Shown: positions 55,074-64,000 of the stretch, in pieces
Layout of the letters: the number at the start of each line of letters is the position of its first letter
Numbering within the stretch: the first letter of the stretch is position 1
Assembly: GCA_026936335.1 (NCBI GenBank)
Contig: JAPMXV010000001.1
Span: forward strand, 1 to 64,000
DNA: 64,000 bases
Reading direction: 5' to 3'
Source of the DNA: Mantamonas sphyraenae STR306
Lineage: Eukaryota; Protista; CRuMs
Notes under the pieces: generated by a model
Seen by the model: only the letters and a program-made list of their open reading frames with translations
What the model was told of the DNA's origin: nothing
Database searches by the model: none
Position numbers and translations under genes: made by a program

Positions 55074-56153
55074 ATGTCCGGAAAGAAGATCCGCCGCAAC
55101 CGACGAAAGAGCACCAGTTCTCAGAGCGATGTTGAAGAGGTGGTGATGCGCCAGCGTGCGCTGTGCGTGGCGTTCAAGCCGCGCCGAAAGCTGCTGATGA
55201 AGATGGTCGCATGCGATTGGGAAAACCTGACGAGCCACAACCCGGCAGACGTCGAGGTGTGCCTGGTCGGTTCCCAAAAGCACGAGGGTCAGTGGGTGCT
55301 GCCGGCTGGCAAGATTGAGCGTGACGAGACGGACATCGACGCGGGCGAGCGGGAAACGGAAGAAGAAGCCGGCTTGCTGGGCATGGTGGTGGAGGAGCCC
55401 CTGGGCGTGGTTGTGGAGAAGGAAAAGGCTCGTCCCAGCGAAACGACCTGCTATGCATTCGACACAATGCAGGTGCTGGACGAGGACGAGTGGGACGAGT
55501 CGCACCGTGGTCGCATGTGGGTTTCGGTGGAAGATGCGCACGACCTTTTGGAGTGGAAGCCCTCCTGTGCCGTGGCCATGCAGCTGTTTGAGATGATTGT
55601 GGAGGAGCGCGGCTTGGTGCTGTCTGCCCACCCGCAGCTCATCACAACCCTCATCGCCGACGAGGACAACGAAGTGTTTGACGCCATCGACTGGGTCAAG
55701 CCCGTCGACGCAGACGATGAGGAGGAAGACGAGGAGGATGAGGAGGAGGACGAAGAGGACGACGAAGACGACGATGAAGAGACCGCCTACCTCATCGAGG
55801 CCCTGGAGGACGAGGAGGACGACGACTCGCAGGAGGAGCTGGACGACGACGAGCGGGATGACGACGAAGTGGAGTATGACGACGACGGCGAAGAGGACTT
55901 TGAAGGTGATGGTGACGAGGAAGAGGTGTTTGACGACGGCGATGTGTTTGAAGTCGACGAAGACGGAAACCTGTGGCACGTGCGCGAAATCGACCCGGAA
56001 GAAGTCAACCTCCAAGACCTGGGCGAGGGCTACATCATCGACGGCGACGACATCTACGTCATTGAGGATGACGACGAAGACGAGGAAGAAGACTCTGAGG
56101 ATTCGGACGACGAGGAGATCGATTCTTCGGACGTGGAGAGCATTGACGAGTAG
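55074..56153 (+). CDS. Nudix hydrolase (DIPP/Ddp1-like) with a long acidic tail
   Basis: VCLVGS..WVLPAGKIERDETDIDAGERETEEEAGL Nudix box, EWDESHRGRMWVS, D/E-rich C-terminal half. Confidence 0.85.
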   Translation: MSGKKIRRNRRKSTSSQSDVEEVVMRQRALCVAFKPRRKLLMKMVACDWENLTSHNPADVEVCLVGSQKHEGQWVLPAGKIERDETDIDAGERETEEEAGLLGMVVEEPLGVVVEKEKARPSETTCYAFDTMQVLDEDEWDESHRGRMWVSVEDAHDLLEWKPSCAVAMQLFEMIVEERGLVLSAHPQLITTLIADEDNEVFDAIDWVKPVDADDEEEDEEDEEEDEEDDEDDDEETAYLIEALEDEEDDDSQEELDDDERDDDEVEYDDDGEEDFEGDGDEEEVFDDGDVFEVDEDGNLWHVREIDPEEVNLQDLGEGYIIDGDDIYVIEDDDEDEEEDSEDSDDEEIDSSDVESIDE

Positions 56154-56210
56154 AGAAGGAAAAAAACGTCCTGCAATTGCCCCCGAGGGGTCCCTGTCTT
56201 TCTTCACGCA

Positions 56211-58410
56211 TCACCTGATCACCACCGAGGATGAGTCGAGTACAGAGGTGTCTTGCGAGCCGGTGGACGCGGTGCTGTTGTAGCCAAGAAACCAGAAGCG
56301 AAGGGTTTCGTCGCCGGCGCCGCTGACAATGGTCGACCCGTTCGGACTCATAGCCAGGTAGAGAACGCGCATGGTGTGACCTGTGAGAGTGCCCACGGGC
56401 TGCATGGACGGGTAGCGCCAGACGATGATTTGGTTCTGAGAGTACCCGTGTGTGGAAATGAGCTCCAGGCAAGTCTTGGCCCACATGAGGTTGCACACCT
56501 GCGAACCCGTGTCAATGCTGTTCAAGCACTTGCCACTGTCTAGGGTCTTCCAAATTTTGATGTTCCTGTCCGCGGTGCCGCCGCCACTGGCCAGGACGCC
56601 GCGCTGGTGGGGCGACCACGCAATGGCCTTGACGGCGGCCGTGTGTTCTTCAAACCGCAGCACAGGACTGCTCTGGCCCGAACTCCAAATGAGCAACTTG
56701 TTGTCGTTGCCTCCCGACGCCAGCTGCTGACCATCGGGTGACCATTTCAGGCCGCACACCTCCTGGCGATGGCCTTCGAACTTGCTCACGTACGACGCTC
56801 GCGAACGCATGTCCCGGTTGAGGATGGTGCGGTCGCGCGAACCGGAGGACAGCACAGGGCCGTTCCAAGCAAGAGCCCCTGCGCGGATCGTATGGCCAGG
56901 CAAGGAGCGCACCAGCGACAGCTGCTGTGCATCCCACAGCTGAACACGTCCGGTGCTTGTACCCACGGCGAGATGGCCTCCGCGCTGAGTCCAGGCCACA
57001 GACGCCACCGTTCCGTATGCGTCGTCGAGCGTGCACAACTTGGTCACCTTGCTTGTGCAAGCGCTCCACAGATAGATGCTGGAGCCCAGACCAACAGCGA
57101 GCACATTGCGAGAGCCCCAGTCCAGCAGATTGAGATAAAAGTCGTCCTGAAGCGAGGGCGCGTCCAGGACCTTGAACGGCGTCTTTGGAATCTTGCGTGG
57201 GGCCTTGCGTGGAGACTCGAGCAGTTTGTGTGTGCTTGCGCGCAGTGGAGACAGCGAATAGGCCTCCATGCGTCGCTGCACCTCTTGCTCTGCGTCTGTG
57301 AACATGCTGGTCCCATGTCGCGCGCTCGTGCGGAATTTGAACATGGACTTGCCGTGACCGCTCCTCTCGCTCGCACGCCCGTCCTCTGCGTCCATCTGCT
57401 CCGAGGAAGAGGATGATGTCGATGAGGAGGAGGAAGAGGAGGAGGAGGAGGAGGAGGACGTGTGGTCGTCTTCGCCCAGCAGCTCGCTCTTGAGCATCAT
57501 GGAATAAATATCACCATCATCGTTTGCTGTAGGCCAACGCAACGCGCAAGGCAAGGCCGATGCCCGGCGTCAGTGCTTGTGTGTGTGTGTGTGTGTGTGC
57601 GTGCGTGTCTTTGGTGGTGGTGGGGCAAGAAAAGGGCGTGTGCGTCTCACCTCGTTCGCTCCCGCTGCGCTCTTTGCGTTTGGACGGCGATGTAAACTTG
57701 AGCGAGTACGACTCGGCGTAGGAGGAGTCTCCGCGAGACGGGATGTATCTGTGGGCAGGGTAGAAACAGGGTAAAGTGGATCAGGGTCAGCGTAAGGGCT
57801 TGCAGGACAGGTTGAGAGCGCGCCAAACACACCGATCACTGTAGGCGTCCTTGCTGGATGACACATGGTGGCTTGAGGCGGCCTCAAACATGGAGCGCGT
57901 CTGTGTGTCACTGAAGGCGTCATCGGCATCACTTGAAGTGCTTTGTACGTCGCCTGGCTCGTCAAACTCGTCGTCGAGGGCAGCGTTGGCGCGCATCGTT
58001 TGGGCGAGCTCTTCAAGCTCCATTCCCGAGTCGGAGGCCCCTGCCGGACCACCCTCGTCATGCCTTGCATCGTCTTCGTCCATGAGCAGACGCTGGGCAA
58101 CTGGAGACGCTTTGCTGGATGCGTTCAGAGGGCGCCGCCGTTGCGTTCGCGACGCAGACGAGCGTGCCGAGTTGCCCGTCGACGACTGGCTCCCGGGGGA
58201 CACGAGGAGGCGGGAGACACGCACGGGACTGGCAGTACCAAAACCTGGCGACGCACTGACGGTCGAAGCTGCAGATGGGCTGTTCAGTGAGGCCGAAGCT
58301 CGGGACGCGGACGACGGCGTCGCAGGAGGCGTGCGGCTAGCAGGCGAGCCCCGTCGAGGCGAGGCTCGGCGTATGGGAGAACGCAGGCGTGATGCAAACG
58401 ACGAGTCCAT
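56211..58410 (-). CDS. FZR1: APC/C activator CDH1/Fizzy-related; exons 58410-57833, 57748-57651, 57526-56211
   Basis: C-box DRYIPSR across intron 1, PFKVLDAPSLQDDFYLNL, WD40 repeats, RVLYLAMSP, C-terminal IR tail. Confidence 0.96.
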
Positions 58411-58484
58411 GTCTGCGATTCGGGAGGTGGGAGATGGTTTGGTGCAGGGGGCGACGGCTTCCCCATTGAAACCTTTTTTTTGCC

Positions 58485-61400
58485 ATGAAACTCCACGTGG
58501 CTCTCCCTGCGTTTCTTCTCCTGCTGCTCGCCCTATGCGTGGCTAGCGAGAACAACGGACGCATGCGCACAGAAACAGACCTGCTGTGCATCGACTGCGC
58601 GCTCCATGAAGCCGCAGTGTACGTCGACTGGCAACCCGGCTCTGTCGGTACCGGTGCGTTTTTTTTCTGGCTGCAACCGACGGCGGAGGCCACGCGACAC
58701 ATCTGGCACCGACGCTCGACACTCACACTCGCACGCATGCCCACACCCTCGACCACAGGCTCAGTGCAACTGGCCATCCGCCACAACGACGAACTGGTGA
58801 CAACGACCATCCAGGCCACTCACCAGGGCGTGTCGCTCTTTGGAGGTAGGTGGCGGAAAAGGTGGCAGCGGGCGGAGGCCTTGAATTTCCGAGCATTCGC
58901 GAAAACAGCCTGGTTTCCGTCGTTCGACGGCCCGTTGTGTGTCGTGCACCAGTCTCCCACACCCTCAACACACAGCACACACTGACACCCATCACATGCA
59001 ACCTCTTTACACACAGCTGTGCACGCACAGGCATCGCAATGTCTGGAAATCAACACACACAATCTCACAGTGCGCGGGAACGAACTCGGTTCGCGCTTCC
59101 TGTCGGGCTCAGTGGTCCTCAACGCGGCACAAGGCGTGCGCGTACAGCCGGGAACCAAGCTGGACTCTACAGGGGGCACCCTCCTACTGGATGACAACCA
59201 TCTTAGTGGCGACAAGGTCGAAGGCGGGACAATCAACGCAATCACGCTCAACAACCTGCTGGTCACTTCTACACTGCAAACTGCAGCGGGTGCGGCCACC
59301 ATGTCCACCAACACCCTTTCCGGCGCAAACACACTCACTCTCAGCCCTACAGGCTCGGGTAAGGTCCGCTTGGCCGGAAAGAATCTGGACCTGACAGCTG
59401 GCTCGCTCAACCTCGACAACGACGAGCTCAGTGGCGACAAGGTGGAAGGAGGCACCATCAACGCAATCGCCATCAACACGCTGACTTCGGGTCAGGTGAC
59501 CGTGGACAACCTGCGCCTGGACGGAAACACTCTCTCCTCGCTCACAGGCAGCCTGACACTGCGCACAAACGACGGCAGCGCCGTCATTGTGCCTGCGGGC
59601 GAAACTCTGGACGTGAGCGCGGCCACCTTTACGCTGGCCGACAACCAGATTAGCGGAGACAAGATCAACGGAGGCACAGTCGACGAACTGCGCATCACAC
59701 GCCTCAACAGCTCCGAAACAGACATCGGCACTCTGCATCTGCAGGGTGACACCATCAGCACCGTAGGCGACAACCAAGACATCGTCCTGTCGCCCAAGTC
59801 GACCACAGCTCGTGTACGTGTGCAAGCATCGCACACCATGGCCTTCTCCGGCGCCACTCTGGACCTTACTGGCGGCACACTCGTGTTGGACAACGACGAG
59901 ATCAGCGGTGACAAGGTGGAGGGAGGCACGATCAACGCCATCACCATCAACACGCTGACATCTGGCCAGGTCAACGCAGACAACCTGCGCTTGGACGGCA
60001 ACACAGTGAGCTCGACCAATGCCAACGGACACATCGTGCTCACGCCCAACGGAGCGGGCAACGTCGTGGTCACAGTCGGTAAATCCCTGGACCTCACGGG
60101 CGCCACGCTCATCCTGGACAACGACGAGATCAGCGGCGACAAGGTGGAGGGAGGCACCATCAACGCCATCACCATCAACACGCTGACTTCTGGCCAAGTC
60201 AACGCTGACAACGTGCGCCTGGACAACAACGAGGTGAGCACCATCAGCGGCAACCAAGACTTGCGACTGAACGCAGACGGCACGGGCCAGGTGCGCGTGG
60301 TCAGCGGCAAAGTGCTCAACGCCTCGTCGACAACAGTGGACATGCGCTACAGCGTGGTGCTTCTGGACGACGACGAAATCAGCGGAGACAAGGTGGAGGG
60401 CGGCACCATCAACGCCATCACCATCAACACGCTGACCTCGGGCCAAGTCAACGCAGACAACCTGCGCCTGGATGGAAACACGCTCATGTCAACCGACACC
60501 AACGGCAACATCGTGCTCACGCCCAACGGAGGCGGACAGGTGGTTGTTACGCCTGGCAAGACGCTGGTGTTGACAGGTGCCACCGTGGTCTTGGACAACG
60601 ACGAGATCAGCGGCGACAAGGTGGAGGGCGGCACGATCAACGCAATCACCATCAACACGCTGACCTCGGGCCAGGTCAACGCAGACAACCTGCGCATGGA
60701 CGGCAACACCCTCTCGTCGACCAACGCCAACGGACACATCGTGCTCACGCCCAACGGCGCTGGAAAGGTCGTGATCACGGCTGGCAAGTCGCTGGACCTC
60801 ACGGGCGCCACGCTCATCTTGGACAATGACGAGATCAGCGGAGACAAGGTTGAGGGTGGCACCATCAACGCCATCGCCATCAACACCCTGACATCTGGCC
60901 AGGTCAACGCAGACAACCTGCGTTTGGACGGCAACACAGTGAGCTCCACCAACGCCAACGGACACATCGTCATCACCCCGAACGGCGCAGGAAAGGTGGT
61001 GATCACACCCGGAAAGACGCTGGATCTCACGGGTGCCACACTCATCCTCGACGACGATGAGATCAGCGGTGACAAGGTGGAGGGAGGCACCATCAACGCC
61101 ATCACCATCAACACGCTGACTTCTGGCCAGGTCAACGCAGACAACCTGCGCATGGACCTGAACACACTGTTCACCACAAACACAAACGGAAACATCATCA
61201 TGACTCCAAACGGCCAAGGCCGAGTGGTCGTGTCTGCACAAAAGTCCCTCGATGTGACTTCGGCCACCGTCATTGTCGACGACGACGAGATCAGCGGTGA
61301 CAAGGTGGAAGGCGGTACGATCAACGCCATCACCATCAACACGCTGACATCTGGCCAAGTGAACGCAGACAACCTGCGTCTGGACAACAACCGCATCTCG

Positions 61401-64000
61401 GTGACCAACCCCGATGGCGACCTGTACCTTACCAGCGGTCCCACACAGCTTGTATGCAACACAAACGAGTATTGCCAGAACGTCACCGTATGCCAGAACC
61501 AAACCAGGTGCAACTGGCAGCACGAGAGCTGCCCGACACTGACCACACAGTGCAGCACGGTGGCGTTGTGCAGCAACACAACTCTCGGGACGAACTGCAC
61601 ATGCTGCACAGGTGCCAACAGCACCAACTGCACTGCAATGGCAAACTGCACAGGGCCTGCATGCATGGCGTGCAACTGCAGCTCGTGGAACACCACGCAG
61701 ACGTGCAACACCACCCAAGAGTGTGTCAACACCACATCTTCCACAAGCACACCGGCCATGACGTGCAGCAACACGACCACATGCAGCAACACAACTCTCG
61801 GGACAAACTGCACATGCTGCACAGGTGCCAACAGCACCAACTGCACTGCAATGGCAAACTGCACAGGGCCTGCATGCATGGCGTGCAACTGCAGCTCGTG
61901 GAACACCGCACAAACGTGCAACACCACCTCCACGTGCGTCAACGTCTCTGCATGTGTTCTCAACGTCACCTCCTGCTCGAACTACACTGCGTGTGCAAAC
62001 ACTTCCATGTGTGCCAACGTCACGTCATGCTACCAGACAGCCACAAGCATCGTTTTCCAGCCAGGCAACACCTTGGACATGACCAACACGACACTCGCCT
62101 TGGACGACGATGAGATCAGCGGCGACAAGGTGGAAGGAGGCACCATCGACGCCATCACCATCAACACCTTGGCCTCTGGCCAGGTGAACGCAGACAACCT
62201 GCGATTGGATGGCAACACAGTGAGCTCCACGGATGCCAACGGACACATTGTGCTCACGCCCAACGGAGCGGGCAACGTCGTGGTCACAGCTGGCAAGACG
62301 CTGGACCTTACAGGAACGACCCTGGTGCTGGACAACGACGAGATCAGCGGAGACAAGGTGGAGGGCGGCACCATCAACGCCATCGCCGTCAACACCTTGA
62401 CGTCGGGCCTCATCGACGTCGACAATCTTCGAATCGACGGCAACAGCATCGTGGCCACGAATGCACAGGGAAACATCGTGTTCACTCCGGCTGGAAGCGG
62501 ACACGTCGAGGTGTCGCCCGGCAAAGCGCTCGTGGCGGCCAATATCACCGTCATCCTGGACGACGACGAGATCAGCGGTGACGCCATCCGTGGCGGCACC
62601 ATCAATGCCACTCTCATCAAGCACACCATTGCACATAAGATTTGGATTGACGACATGCTCATTGACGGCAATCGCATCCAGTCGCGCAACGACTCTGTGC
62701 AGCAGCTCGTCATCCGTCCCGAAGGCCAGGCCAACTTCAAGCTCACTCCAGGCGCGTATCTCGATGTACGCAACACCAAACTCGTCATCGATGACGATGA
62801 AATCAGCGGCGACAAAGTCGAGGGCGGCACGATTTTCAACATCACCATTCGCCGTCTCGCTTCCGCCCAGATGACCGTGGACAGCCTGCGCCTCGACGGA
62901 AACACACTGAGTGGCCTCAACGCACAAGGCCCTGGTGACGTCGTCTTTGTGCCCAAGGGAACTGGCAAGCTCGTGCTGGAGCCTGGTCACGAGCTGGATC
63001 TGCGCGGCACAACCCTGCTGCTTGACGACGACGAGATCAGTGGCGACAAGGTGGAGGGGGGCTCCATCGACCAAATTGCCATCGTCACCATGCTCAGTTC
63101 GCTGATCCATGTGGACAGGCTCAAGCTGGAGAACAACACCCTGAGCACCATGCAAACAAACGGGGACATTGTGCTCACCAGCGCCGGCACAGGCAAGGTC
63201 ACAGCCTCAAGCTACGTGCACGTGGACAACATTCACCTCGACGCAGATCGCATCACCACCCTGGGTGGCAACGTCGACCTCGTGTTTTCCCCCAACGGGC
63301 CGGGTGTGGTCAAGGTTGCGGCGGGCCGCTTCCTGGACTTGCGCAACGCCACCGTCACTCTTGACGACGACGAAATCAGCGGCGACAAGGTCGAGGGAGG
63401 CACCATCAACTCCATCACCATCAACACGCTCAACAACCTGTTTGCGTATGTGGACAACGTGACGCTGGACCAAAACACAGTGGGCACAAGCAACGGCACG
63501 GACCTTGTCATCGAGCCGGCGTCCACCACAGTGGACTTTCAGTCGGGCAAGCAGGTGAACTTTGTGGGCACCACGCTGCTGCTTGATGACGACGAAATCA
63601 GCGGCGACAAGGTGGAGTACGGCACCATCGAAGGCATCACGATCAACACCCTGAGCACAAACCAGATCAATTCGGTGAACATCAACACAAGCCATTTGGA
63701 AGCCATGACGATGTCCAACTCCAAGATGTACGCCACGCAGGTGAATGTGGACTCGCTTATCCTCACCAACGCCACGATCTCGGCCAAGGCAGACCGTGAC
63801 ATCCTGCTTACTCCCAGTGGCTCCGGCGCTGTGCGTGTGGCCGCAGGCGACACGTTGGTGCTCACGGGTGTCACCCTGATCCTGGACAACGACGAGATCA
63901 GCGGCGACAAGGTGGAAGGCGGCACCATCAACGCCATCACGATCAACACGCTGACGTCGGGCCAGGTCAACGCGGACAACCTCCGAATGGACGGCAACAC
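58485..64000 (+). CDS. Giant secreted repeat protein, truncated by the window end; exons 58485-58845, 59017->64000
   Basis: Signal peptide MKLHVALPAFLLLLLALCVAS. Phase-1 intron GTAGGT..CTGAC..CACAG. The frame appears open to the window end, which explains its absence from the ORF track. Confidence 0.9.
59180..64000 (+). repeat. At least 18 copies of a ~228-bp (76-aa) coding repeat LDNDEISGDKVEGGTINAITINTLTSGQVNADNLRLDGNT..
   Basis: ISGDKVEGG cores at about 59200, 59430, 59650, 59900, 60130, 60380, 60610, 60835, 61060, 61290, 62115, 62345, 62570, 62800, 63035, 63375, 63600 and 63900. Confidence 0.97.

Noticed and set aside
56151-56234. TAG reassigned to a sense codon
   Set aside because: This is a single case, readthrough would run into FZR1, and no internal TAA/TAG was seen in conserved coding regions.
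59180-64000. CRISPR array or inserted prophage/bacterial contamination
   Set aside because: The repeats are codon-degenerate protein repeats inside a gene with a signal peptide and spliceosomal intron, and no other viral or cas genes are present.

Overview
This is the left end of a eukaryotic chromosome from a very gene-dense, GC-rich microbial eukaryote; the taxon cannot be determined from sequence alone. About 234 bp of (CCCTAA)n telomere is followed almost at once by about 26 protein-coding genes with short GT-AG introns and very small intergenic gaps. Recognisable genes are CENATAC/CCDC84, TRAPPC4, a multi-SH3 adaptor, PPP1R42, a protein kinase, aldo-keto reductase and RAD51 (both duplicated), a giant HECT E3 ligase, an F-box/LRR protein, an ankyrin protein, IBTK-like, NCBP3, an EVH1-PH-SH3 protein, cytidine deaminase, GST-zeta, a DnaJ protein, a Nudix hydrolase and CDH1/FZR1. 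Four features stand out. (1) A head-to-head pair of paralogous Ubl-like/pseudo-CHAT/STAND NTPase genes 66 bp apart, one ending in an SH2 module and followed in frame by a kinase gene, resembles a paired-NLR signalling cassette. (2) A 2.7 kb inverted repeat carrying AKR and RAD51 flanks a single orphan membrane-protein gene. (3) An orphan four-repeat protein appears to lie inside intron 1 of CENATAC and share its first exon. (4) A giant secreted protein, absent from the ORF track, has at least 18 phage-fibre-like repeats of about 76 aa with a Cys- and N-glycan-rich insert. Exon models were derived by hand from splice consensus and reading-frame phase, and family calls rest on recalled motifs rather than database searches.
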